The translations under genes and the position numbers were made by a program. From Mobula birostris (taxonomy: Eukaryota): a DNA stretch of 64,000 nucleotides. The stretch spans positions 34,742,961 to 34,806,960 of the forward strand of contig NC_092383.1 in NCBI RefSeq assembly GCF_030028105.1, in the 5' to 3' direction. Shown piece after piece: positions 1 to 11,456 of the stretch. Positions within the stretch are counted from its first letter, which is position 1. Each line of letters opens with the position of its first letter. Under the pieces are notes generated by a model, which was not told where the DNA came from, did not search any database, and saw only the letters and a program-made list of their open reading frames with translations.

Positions 1-1450
1 CCAAATTCTGCTGGTTCTGGTAACAATATAGGCCTCTTCCCTGGATTTAAGGTCTCTATCAGTCAGGGATAGATCATTTTATAGTTGAACCCATGCCATA
101 AATCAACATATTCCTTCAATTTAATTATTATTTCCTTAAATGTAAACTTTTGTCTGTCCACTGCCATACCATTCAGTGCACATTCCCAACCAATCGCAGT
201 CAATGCTCCCATTAAACCTTCATTGTTTCCTTATTAAGTGTAAAACCCTAGTTCTGGATTGCACCATATCAATTTCAAGCTCAAAGTAAAGCATTTGCAC
301 TTTTCCACAATAGTCCTTTAGAACAAGATCACCAACTACCCTTTCTTTATTGCACTAAATGGGATTGAACTGAGCCTTTTCCTTGGCTGGTTCCTCAGAA
401 TAATTAGATTAGATTAGATTATGAGGACACTCAATCCTCGTTTATTGTCATTTAGGAATGCATGCATTAAAAAATAATACAATGCTCATCCAGAAAGATA
501 TCACAGAAATGCAGGACAAACCAAGACTAAAACTGACAAAACCTCATAATTATAACATATAGTTACAACAGTGCAAAACCATACCGTAATTTGATAAAGA
601 ACAGACCATTGGCACGGTAAAAGAAGAGTATCAAGTCCCGATAGCCCCATCATCTCACGCAGACGGTAGAAGGGAGAAACTCTCCCTACAATGACCTCCA
701 AGCGCCGCAAACTTGCCAATGCATTGGAAGCACCCGACCGAAGCCACTCTGAGTCCGTCCGAAAACTTCGAGCCTCTGACTGGCCCTCCGACACTGATCA
801 CCGAGCACCATCTCTGCCGAGCACTTCGTCCCTGCCCCGGCCGCCAAGCAACAAGCAAAGCCGAGGTCTCAAGGCCTTCCCCTCCGGAGATTCTGGATCA
901 CACAGAGCAGTGGCAGTGAAGCAGGCAATTCAAAAGTTTAACAGGTGTTCCTCCATGCCCTCAAGTCTGTTTCCATCAAATCAGGATTGTGCATGACACC
1001 CTACTTGACAGATAACAGGTATCATTCTGGAGTGGCCACTGCGTGCTGCATCGCACCGCCATCTTCTCCTCCCGCCTCCCATTGCATTGCATGAATTCAC
1101 ACTGCATCCAGTATATAGACACATTAAAGTTTTCCGAGATCTTATTTCTTGTCAGTTTGCTCTCGTATTGTATCTTGCCTTTTTAAACCAATTTCTTGCC
1201 CTTCCTTTGCTCACTTCTAACCTGCTCCCAGCCCTCAGGCTCACTGTGTTACCCTTGTTGCATGCTCCTCCAATTTCTTCGTTAATACTATGCCCTGTGT
1301 TCCAAATAACTCCCAGCAACGTTTTCTGTTCCTTGCTAGACACAGCTTGATTTTAATTCTACATATGATGCAACGATCCATTGAGGCAAGGTTGTTTCTC
1401 AAAACCACACAGATGTCTTTCCCTCTTAAAAGCACTATCCAACTACATTT
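1..1450 (-). mobile_element. Old, heavily decayed CR1-type LINE ORF2 (endonuclease-region) remnant, interrupted by the element at 403-1072
   Basis: Patchy resemblance to the minus-strand CR1 endonuclease region seen better preserved at 53150-55480. There is no intact ORF and the boundaries are approximate. Confidence 0.4.
403..1072 (-). mobile_element. Non-autonomous ~670-bp retroposon, copy 1 (subfamily A)
   Basis: The minus strand starts GGAGGAGAAGATGGCGG and ends AATAAA...(AATCT)n (ATTAGATTAGATTAGATT at 403-420 on +). It is colinear with the copies at 27716, 36105 and 43828. Confidence 0.85.
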
Positions 1451-1964
1451 TTCTTCTGATAATCCTCCTGAATTTCACATATACTTCAACATCAGATTGC
1501 AGCTTTGGTCATAACATAACCACTTCGCTGTAATGGCGGTCTTTCTCCCTGCTTCACTGAAGTCAGCTCAGGTTGGATAATCCCCATATGCAGATCCCAA
1601 CTCTCAAACATGCTCTACTCTGAACGTTAGTCAGGATTTGAACGACTGTTGGAGGCAATATACTGGCTGGCTAAGAGGAAAGGAAAAGCAGACCTAACCT
1701 GGTTGATAAGATGCAATGACAGGGAATGGTGCTGGGGACACAGATTTTGACAATTTATAAAATGGCTTGGGTGAAGGGACTGAAGGAATTGTTGCCAAGT
1801 TGAATGATGACGCAGGAAAAGTGAGGAAGTAAAAGATCAAGGGAGGCTATATGTGAATTTCAAGAGTTTAAATGAGGCCAAAGACATTACAAATGGAGTT
1901 CTGCAAGGGAAAATATGAACTTGAACATTTTGTCATGAAAAAAGCACAAATGAAATAAAAATAC

Positions 1965-3350
1965 TAGAACATAGAATATAGGAGAGTACAGTGCAGGAAG
2001 AAGCCCTCAGCCTATAGTATGTGCCAGACTCAATAAGCTAGTAATTAAATGACTAACTTACTAACCGCTTATGACATTGCAGTGTTCATATCTCTTCAAG
2101 CCCCTCTACCTTATGTGCCTCCACTACCACACTTGGTGGTACATTCCAGGCATCCACCATTCTGTGTAAAAAAAAACTTGCCTGGCCTTTATTGATCAAA
2201 GTACTGAGTATAAGAGCTGGAATGTTATGATGAGGTTGTATAAGGCATTGGTGAGGCCGAATCTGGAGTATTGTGTTCAGTTTTGGTCACCAAATTACAG
2301 GAAGGATATTAATATGGTTGAAAGAGTGCAGAGGTTTACAAGGATGTTGCCGGGACTTGAGAAACTCAGTTACAGAGAAAGGTTGATTAGGTTAGGACTT
2401 CATTCCCTGGAGCATAGAAGACTGAGGGGAGATTTGATAGAGGTATATAAAATTATGATGGGTATAGATGGAGTGAATGCAAGCAGGCTTTTTCCACTGA
2501 GGCAAGGAGAGAAAAAAACCAGAGGACATGGGTTAAGGGTGAGGGGGGAAAAGTTTAAAGGGAACATGGGGGGGGGCTTCTTCACTCAGAGAGTGGCGGG
2601 AGTATGGAATGAGCTGCCAGACGAGGTGGTAAATGCAGGTTCTTTTTTAGCATTTAAGAATAAATTGGACAGATACATGGATGGGAGGTGTATGGAGGGA
2701 TATGGTCCATGTGCAGGTCAGTGGGACTAGGCAGGAAATAGTTCAGCACAACCAAGAAGGGCCAAAAGGCCTGTTTCTGTGCTGTAGTTTTTCTATGGTT
2801 TCTATATCTTCTTTGAACTTTCCCCCTCTCACTTTAAATGCATACCCCCTGGTATTAGACATTTCAACACTCGGAAAAAGATACTGGCTGTCTGCTCTCT
2901 CTGTGCCTTTATAATCTTATAAACTCCTATCGGATCTCCTCTCAGCTTCTGCCACTCCATCGAAAACAACTTAAGCCTGCCCAACTCTTCTTATGTACAT
3001 GGTCTCCAATCCAGACAGCATCCTGGTGAAACACTTCTGCACCCTCTCTAAAGTCTCCACAACCTTCCTATAATAGTGTGACTAGAACTGAATGCAATAC
3101 TACAGATGCAACCTAAGTAGAGTTTTATAAATCTGCAACATCACTTCCTGAATCTTCAACTCAATGTCTCCATTAATAAAGGAAAGCCTGTCATATGTCA
3201 GCATCCATTGATCACTTAACCCCTGCCTTCATCAAGCAAGCTAACTCTGAATTCAAACAGCCAATTCGCCATGGATCCTATGCATCTTACTTTTCAGGAA
3301 AAACCTCCTGCGAGGCTTGACGAATGCCTTGTCAAAATCTGTTTAAAATG
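1965..3350 (-). mobile_element. CR1 LINE 3' fragment, interrupted by a younger CR1 at about 2183-2805
   Basis: Antisense CR1 RT C-terminal and 3'UTR motifs (e.g. TAGAACATAGAATATAG tail, GTGACTAGAACTGAATGCAATACT) that match other CR1 copies in the window. Confidence 0.7.
2183..2805 (+). mobile_element. Young 5'-truncated CR1 LINE (RT C-terminal region plus 3'UTR)
   Basis: ORF 2227-2730 contains LYKALVRPNLEYCVQFWSP...LEHRRLRGDLIEVYKI...FFTQRVAGVWNELP...FKNKLD, the typical CR1 ORF2 end. The 3' tail is TTCTATGGTTTCTAT. Confidence 0.92.
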
Positions 3351-4149
3351 TCTTTTATGGCAGTTAAATATCGAGAGGTTGCAGAGTCCAGTGATACTGA
3401 AGAATCTGGGCATGTTTGTGCAGGGTTTGGTGAAGGCTTGTATCCATATACTCTGCAGTTATTGGAATGTAATTGTTTTTCACCAAGGGAATTGAGTATA
3501 AAAGTTAGCTGGTTATGTTTCATAGAGTATTGATGGAGCCACGTCTGGAATACTCTGCATAAATATTTGTCTAGTTTAAGGAATGATGTTAGAAGCAGAA
3601 TGGTAATGATAGAGCATACATAAGGGATCAAATGGCCTATTCCTCCTCCTAATTTGTACATTAGAATGTTTCTAGATACCTTGAAAATTAAAAGAACTAC
3701 AGGTGCTGGAAATCCAAAACAAAAGCAGAAAATGCTTGTGTTCTTTCCTGGAATGTCCAGGTCTGGGAGCAACAGGCTTGGACAGAACTTTGGGACAACA
3801 TGAATGACCTTTTGCTTAATACCTGTAGTGACAACTAGAGAGGTAGCAGAGACTTCAGACAAATTTTCTATATATGTTCACAGCAGAAGACTTTAAGAAT
3901 GTCTCATTAAAATCCAAGGGCAAAGGAGATGCAGGAAATTAAAACAGTTGCTGTCGTTACGGGAAAGGAACTACGTAAGCAGTTACAACTTAAGATTAGA
4001 GTTCAGTAGGATCCCCTTTCACTGCTACTCCTCTGTGGTTTCTGCTGCTCTCCAACTCTTCACACTTATCACCTCCACCTTCTTATTCTGGCTTCTTCCT
4101 GAGCTCCTCCAACATTTTGTGTGCTGTTTAAGATTGGCAATTCCCTTAG

Positions 4150-4800
4150 ACTTTTTTCCTGAATCCAGGTGACTTAGGAGCCTGCAGGGATAAGTGAATG
4201 TGTTGTTTGTGATCTTCCAAAGTTCTCTCAATCCTGGAATGATCCCAGTAAATGGAAACTGCGATTATAATGTTCCTATTCCAGAAAGAGGTGATCTAGT
4301 TCTATTGGGGCAGTTCAGAAAAGATTGACTAGACTAATCACTGGAATGTAAGGGTTGTCTTATAAGGAGGCTTTAAGCAGGTTGGATCTATTCACATTGA
4401 AGTTTAGCAGAACGATAGGTGAACTTAGTGAACCAAAGATTCTGAGAGGTATTAACAGGGTGGATACTCCGAGGATATTTCCCCTAGACAGAGAATGTAG
4501 AACAAAGGAACATCGTTTCAGAATAACAGCTTGCCTATTCAGAGCAGATATGGGAGGAATTACCTCTGCCAGAACATCAAGACTGTTTGAAATTCTCTGC
4601 TCCAGCGAGATAAGAAGGTTAAGTCATTGTATGAATTCAAGGCTGATAGAGATGGAGTTTCTGTCTGTAGTGGAGTCATGGTTAAGGAGAATAGTCAACA
4701 AAATAGATGAGGCTAAAATCAGATTAGCTATGACTTTAGTGCATGATGAAGCAGATTTGAAGGGCTACCAGCCTAATCTATCTTCTATTTCTCATGTTTT
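4150..4800 (+). mobile_element. Decayed CR1 LINE 3' fragment
   Basis: ORF 4355-4831 begins SYKEALSRLDLFTLKF...KILRGINRVD..RIFP, a degenerate CR1 C-terminus. Confidence 0.7.
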
Positions 4801-5284
4801 ATCAACCAGAACACTCCTTATGGACTCTTGACACATTAACCAGTTATCAAAATACTTAGTACTATGATACTATTATAGTAACAGTCACGATCTGCTGAAT
4901 CTTAGTGGCCAGTGGTGATATCCACTTCTGATTCAATACTTTATTAGGAATCCTGGTAGTTTTTTGCAGCAATTTCTTTCTAAGTAATAATCACTCTAAA
5001 TAGCACCGGAATGTCTTGTTTAGGTCTGGTGAGTTCTGTCATGGCTGGAGTTCCAGAGTTTTGAAACAGTGGAACCAATCACATTGTGGCCAGCTGGGCA
5101 TTAAATGCACATGAGCCAAAGTCGAGCTGCAGAAGGAGCTCAATGGTTCAGGAAGAATACAGGCAATCAAAGTTTCAAGGTGAGGCCCTTCATCCAACAG
5201 GAAATTTATATCCCACTGCGTTACTCTAATGGCTCATTTCTGGCATCTCTCTTGTCTCCATTAAGTGTACAGATACTAACATAC

Positions 5285-5512
5285 CAGCTCCTTGGTGTAC
5301 TTTGAACCAGAACTATAGACTCCCTCAAAGATGTGTTTTAGAACCTGAAGGAACCTTGTAACACTCAAGAGATATGGAATTCCGTACTCAGTGTTGTCCA
5401 AGATATAAATGGAGCTGGACTCTCCATTTCGACTAAGTGGAAGTCCCAGCACTTCTTGTACACTCCAGCACTGAAGGAATCCAACACTGTTGGGTGTACA
5501 CTTATGCAACAT
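5285..5512 (-). CDS. Candidate 228-bp internal coding exon of an unidentified host gene
   Basis: On the minus strand, acceptor ...aagtttag precedes 76 open codons (MLHKCTPNSVGFLQCW...FEGVYSSGSKYTKEL), followed by donor GTATGT. The exon is phase 0-0 and lies in non-repetitive sequence. I do not recognise the protein. Confidence 0.33.
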
Positions 5513-6636
5513 CTAAACTTTCATGAGTACGATAAGAAAAGGAATCACCTTTACATAAATTCTCCACTTTGGAACAAAACAGAAGTGGAACTAAACAGGC
5601 ACTTTGGTTAATTAAAAATTATTCAACCTCAATGGAGGACAAAGTCACTAAACTAAGAATTCCAAAGTGGAGAATGGAACAGATATGTCCTGTTCAACTG
5701 GGTCATGAACAGATTACCTCAGAATCATGCGGGTTCTGGGCAGGGGAGTGTCACTCACTTTCTGGAAAAGCCAGAAGAAACTGTATCAAAGAAATGCCAA
5801 TAATTTGCACTTTTATTCTTCCTTCCCAAAGGGCAAACTCACATTTTCTCACACTATACTGCATGTGCTAACCTCTTGCCCACTCACTAAACCTACCTAT
5901 TCCTTTTCCCGGCTCTTCATCAGAACTTGTTATCCTACTTATCTTTTGATCTGGTTTTACACCTTCCATTGATTTATATGTTTCCTTAGCTCTGATGAAA
6001 AGTCGTCTCATAAAATATTATTTCTGGTTCTCTCTGTTCAGATACTGACAGACCTGATGAACATTTCAAGCATTTTTTGCTTAATCAGACTTGTGACTTG
6101 GAACATAGAACATTACAGCACAAGATAGGCCATTTGGCCCATAATGTTGTGCCGAACCAGCTAAAAGCAAGTCAATAACACTAATCCCTCCTATCTGCAC
6201 CATGTCCATATCCCTCCATCTTCCTTACATCTATTTGCCTTTCCAAACGCCTCTTAAAAACCTCTAATATATTTACCTCTGCCACCATACCAGGCATCCA
6301 CAACACCCTGAGTAAAAATGCTGACCCTTACATTCCACTTCAATCTACCCCCTCTCACCATCAATGCATGCCCTCTGGTATTAGGCATTTCAATCCTGAC
6401 AAACAGATACCCCTGTCCATTCTGTCAATGCCTCTCATCTTGTAAGCCCTTATCAGATCTCCTTTCAGCCTCTGGCTCTCTACAGAAAACAACTCAAGTT
6501 TATCCATCCTCTTGTGATAGCACATACCCTCTAAACCATAACACGAGGAATTCTGCAGATGCTGGAAATTCAAGCAACACACATCAAAGTTGCTGGTGAA
6601 TGCAGCAGGCCAGGCAGCATCTCTAGAAGGAGGTAC

Positions 6637-6672
6637 AGTCGACGTTTCGGGCCAAGACTCTTCGTCAGGACT
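6637..6672 (-). ncRNA. Minimal type I hammerhead ribozyme motif in the Penelope pLTR (inverted copy)
   Basis: Minus strand reads AGTC-CTGACGA-AGAGTCTTGGCCC-GAAAC-GTC-GACT. This gives stem I AGTC/GACT, the CUGANGA and GAAA boxes, a palindromic ACGT stem III and a GUC cleavage triplet. Stem II has one mismatch. Confidence 0.75.
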
Positions 6673-8262
6673 AACTGAAGGAAGAACTAGCAAGAGACTT
6701 GAAAGTGGGAGGGGGAGGGCGAGATCCAAAATGATAGGAGAAGACAGGAGAGGGAGGGATGGAGCCAAGAGCTGGACAGATGATTGGCAAAAGGGATATG
6801 AGAGGATCATGGGACAGGAGGCCCAGGGAGAAGGAAAAATTGGAGGGGGGGGAACCCAGAGGATGGGCAAGGGGTATAGTCAGAGGGACAGAGGGAGAAA
6901 AAGGAGAGAGAGAGAGAGAAAGAATGGCATGCTGAGCTCGTTGACTTTATTAACTTTGCCTCCAACTTTCACCCTGCCTTCAAGTTTACCTGGTCCATTT
7001 CCGACACCTCCCTCCCCTTTCTAGATCTTTCTGTCTCTATCTCTGGAGACAACTTATCTATTGATGTCTACTATAAGCCTACTGACTCTCACAACTATCT
7101 GGACTATTCCTCTTCTCAACCTGTCTCTTGCAAAAATGCTATCCCCTTCTCACAATTCCTTCATCTCCACCGCATCTGCTCTCAGGATGAGGCTTTTCTT
7201 TCCAGGACGAGGGAGATGTCCTCCTTTTTTAAAGAAAGGGTCTTCCCTTCCTCCACCATCAACTCTGCTCTCAAACGCATCTCCCCCATTTCACGCACTT
7301 CTGCTCTCACTCCATCCTCCTGTCACTCCACTAGGAAAAGGGTTCCCCTGGTCCTCACCTACCACTCCACCAGCTTCCAGGTCCAACATATTATTCTCTG
7401 TAACTCCTGCCACCTCCAACGGGATCCCACCACTAAGCACATCATCTTTCCCTCCCCTCCTCTCTCTGCTTTCAGCAGGGACCGCTCCCTATGCGACTCC
7501 CTTGTCCATTCGTCCCCTCCCCATCCCTCCCCACTGATCTCCCTCCTGGCACTTATCCGTGTAAGCGGAACAAGTGCTACACATGCCCTCACACTTTCTC
7601 CCTCACCACCATTCAGGGCCCCAGACAGTCCTTCCAGGTGAGGCGACACTTCACCTGTGAGTCGGCTGGTGTGATATAATGTGTCCGGTGCTCCCGATGT
7701 GGCCTTCTATATATTGGCGAGACCCAACCCAGACTGGGAGATCATTTTGCTGAACACCTGCACTTTGTCTGCCAGAGAAAGCAAAATCTCCCAGTGGCCA
7801 CCCATTTTAATTCCACATCCTATTCCCATTCTGATATGTCTATCCACAGCCTCCCCTACTGTAAAGATGAAGCCACACTCAGGTTGGAGGAACAACACCT
7901 TATATTCCGTCTGGGTAGCCTCCAACCTGATGGCATGAACATTCACTTCTCTAACTTCTGCTAATGCCCCACCTCCCCCTCGTACCCCAGCCGTTATTTA
8001 TTTATATACACACATTCTTTCTCTCTCTCTCCTTTTTCTCCCTCTGTCCCTCTGACTATACCCCTTGCTCATCCTCTGGGTTTTCCCCCCTCCCTCTTTT
8101 CTTTCTCTCTGGGCCTCCTGTCCCATGATCCTCTCATATCCCTTTTGCCAATCAACTGTCCAGCTCTTGGCTCCATCCCTCCTCCTCCCGTCTTCTCCTA
8201 TCATTTTGGATCTCCCCCTCCCCCTCCCACTTTCAAATCCCTTACTAGCTCTTCTTTCAGTT

Positions 8263-8298
8263 AGTCCTGACGAAGGGTCTCGGCCTGAAACATCGACA
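8263..8298 (+). ncRNA. Minimal hammerhead ribozyme motif in the Penelope 3' pLTR (degenerate)
   Basis: AGTC-CTGACGA-AGGGTCTCGGCCT-GAAAC-ATC-GACA. The ACGT palindrome has become ACAT, consistent with CpG decay. Confidence 0.65.
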
Positions 8299-9980
8299 GT
8301 ACCTCTTCCTAGAGATGCTGCCTGGCCTGTTGCGTTCACCAGCAACTTTGATGTGTGTTACCCTCTAAACCAGACAGCTTCATGGTAAACCTCTTCAGCA
8401 CCCTCTCCAAAGCCTCAACATCCTTCCTATAGTGGGGTGTTGCAATACTCCAGATGTGGCCTAAACAGTGTTTTATAAAGTTGCAACATAACCTGTTGAC
8501 TTTTGAACTCAATGCCTTGACCAATAAAAGCAAGCATTCCATTAGCCTTCTTAAACACTTTATTGACCTATGTAACCACTTTCAAGGAGCTATGAACTTG
8601 GACCCCAAGATCTCTCTACTCAGCAATACTGTTGGAGATCTTGCCCTTGACAGTGTACTCTCTCCTTGCATTTGCCCTACCAAGATGAAACACCTCATGT
8701 TTATCTGAATTAAACTCCATCTGCCATTTCACAGCCCATGCCATATCTGCAACTGCCTGAAACATCGACTGTACCTCTTCCTAGAGATGCTGCCTGGCCT
8801 GCTGCGTTCACCAGCAACTTTGATGTGTATATTGTGCTGTATTCTTTGCCAGTCTTCTACACTATCCACAACTCCAGCAATCTTGGAATCATCCACAAAC
8901 TTAGTAACCCACCCATCTACATTTTCATCCAGGTCATTTATATACATCACAAACAGCAGAGGTCCCACCCAGCAGAGAACCCTTTGGAATTCCACTAATT
9001 ACAGGCCTCCAGCTCAAATAAGTCTGTTCAACCACTACCCTCTGTCTTTTATGTGCAAGCCAGTTCTGAATCCGAACAGCCAGTTCACCGTGGGCCTTTT
9101 GCATCTTATTCTTCTTGATTAGCCTCCCATGAGGGGCTTTGTGAAACACCTTACTAAAATCAATGTAGAAAACATCCACTGCCCTACCCTCAACAATCTC
9201 CCTCATCATCTTATCAAAAAATTCAATGAAGTTGGTAAGGCACGGCCCGCCACGCATAATGCCTTTCTGCCTCTCCTTAATTAGGCCATGGGTTTCCAAA
9301 TGCTCATATATCCTATCACTAAGAATTTTCTCCAGCAGTTTTACTCCAACTGATTGAGACTCACTGGTCTATAGTTCCCAGAATTTTTCCTTGTTCCCTT
9401 CTTAAATAGAGATACAACATTAGTCTCTCGCTAGTCCTCCATGACCTTGCCTGTGGCTAGAGGGGACATGAAGATACCTGTCAAGGGCCCAGTAATGTCG
9501 TCTACTGCTTCCTTCAATAACCTGGGATAGATTCCATCCAGCCCTGGGGGCTTATCCACCCTAATACTTATTAGGGCTTCAATGTTGTTTTTACATTTCC
9601 CTTACCAATGTATTATTATTTCCGGTGCAAAGCTCCTTCAGAGCCCCTACAGAACAGTAGGTCATATTATTTCATGATGCATTCCTGTAGAAATGTGACT
9701 TGAAGGTTCTGTCCTTGGAGGAACAAATCAGGAAAGTGCATTATCATTTAATCTCTTATTGATTCTTTTTCGACTTCCCAACTGCTACCCAATTTATCCT
9801 GTTAATGATATTACATGATATCACATGAGAGTTGATCATCACACATGCTGATTGCGTTACCCCACCCTCAATGCTTACCACCAGCCAGAAACTGGTGTAT
9901 TACCCTTCCATACCTACCTATGGCCCCCATTTAGACTTCTAACCAACTCTTGTCCCCTTTGGGTTCTCATTGTGATCACT

Positions 9981-10301
9981 GGGGTGGCGCAGTGACAGAG
10001 TCTCACAGCTCTAGTGATCCAGGTTCAGTCCTAACTTGTAATGCTATCAGCCGAGAGTTTTCATCTTCTCATTGTGACTGCATGGACTTTGCCAAGTGCA
10101 CTGGTTTCCCCCTGTGTCCTAAAGATGTGCATGCTGGTAGATTCATTATCCATTGTAAACGTTCCTGAGTGAGTAGGTGAACAGCAGAATCTGCAGGAAA
10201 TTGATGGGAATCCAAAGAGAATTAGGAAAGATTCATGTAATTAGACACGTGATGGTCTCTATGATTTGGGAAGAACCTGGATCTATTCTGTATGACTCTA
10301 T
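9981..10301 (+). mobile_element. tRNA-derived V-SINE (HE1-like), decayed
   Basis: A/B-box-like head (GTGGCGCAGTG...GGTTCAGTCC), V-domain-like ...CTGGTTTCCCCCTGTGTCCTAAAGATGTGC...TGTAAA, and a CR1-like tail CTGTATGACTCTATG. Confidence 0.7.
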
Positions 10302-11456
10302 GTCTCACTGGCCCTCTCTCAGTGAGTCATCTTCCCACTTGGATATCACATGACAAGTTTCATGTTCTGGGACTTCCAGGAACCCCCCAGGCTGGATGCT
10401 TTATACATTTGTTACCTGACTTTTGCTTGCATCTGAGTACTGATCATACAGAGTTGCAGCACAGACACAGCTCCTTCGACCCAGTGACCATGCCGTCCAT
10501 TTTCCAGCTCTCATTCTACAGCCACCCTTGCCTTGGAAGTTCATGTGTTCATCCAGGTAACTCTTGCATGTTGTGAGCATGCTCAGTTCCATATCCTTCC
10601 AGGCAGCGTGTTCCAGATTCCAACCACACTCTGGGTGAAAATCCCTTCTTTATATCCCCACTCAACCATTTATCCTTACCCTATGGGTATGCCTTCCAGT
10701 TATTAGCACCTCTATTATGGGGATAAAATTCCTATTATCTGCTCTGTATATGTCCTTCATAATTTTGAAAATCAAGCTTCCTCCACTGCAGTGCTTATCC
10801 AGTCTCTCCTCATAATTGAAACATTTCATTCCAGGCAACATCTTGGTGAATCTCCTCTGCACCTTCTCCAATGCTAACATATCTTTGCTTGGTAACCAAA
10901 AGTGCAACAAATTGTTACCATAATCCCACTGCTCTTATATTCTGTTCTCTGGTAAGATCTACCTGTGTGACAACAGTCCGTAATCCTTGGGCTTGTGCAC
11001 TCAATTCCTCAACAATCTCTGGGACTTTACTGTTCAATGTTAAAGTCCAACTTTTACTAATCTTCCTAAAGTGCATCACCTTGTGTTTATTAAGATTAAA
11101 TTTAATCTTCCAATGCTCTGCCCAGCCAATTGATATCTTCCTGCAATCTAAGACTACTTTCCACCTATCAACAACTCTACTACATTTCATGTCATCTACA
11201 AACTTGCTAATCGTACCTCCAACATACATACCCAAATTGTTAATGTGTATAATAAACAGTAAGAGTCCTCACATCAATCCCTGTGGCATACCACTGATCA
11301 CAGGTTTCCAGTTGCAAAAACAATCCACTCTCACCACCTGCCTCCTATATCAAATGGATTTTGGATCCAATTTGCTAACTTGCTTTGGATACAATTGTCT
11401 CTAACTTTTGAACATATTTTTCATATAGGATCTTTTCAAAGTCTTACTGAAATCTA

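Larger units (their letters stand above)
6539..8358 (+). mobile_element. 5'-truncated Penelope-like element (Neptune-type: RT C-terminus, Cys-rich linker, GIY-YIG endonuclease) with an inverted terminal pLTR
   Basis: Frameshifted reading FLDLSVSIS..DVYYKPTDSH...PCKRNKCYTC...FTCESAGVI..RCSRCGLLYIGET..RLGDHFAEHL...EEQHLIFRLGSLQPDGMN. Segment 6539-6926 is the reverse complement of the 3' end (8013-8358). A 14-bp TSD TACCCTCTAAACCA lies at 6525-6538 and 8359-8372. Confidence 0.93.
6100..9575 (-). mobile_element. CR1 LINE (RT domain to 3' end), host of the Penelope insertion
   Basis: ORFs 8934-9299 (VDVFYIDFSKVFHKAPHGRL...GIPKGSLLG) and 8729-8995 (GPLLFVMYINDLDE...KFVDDSKI) plus 8336-8542. The 3' tail GAACATAGAACAT lies near 6100. 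Confidence 0.9.

Noticed and set aside
501-996. Recurrent ORFs in the ~670-bp repeat as a small protein family
   Set aside because: Frames, starts and stops differ among the four copies; the peptide similarity only reflects DNA-level homology.
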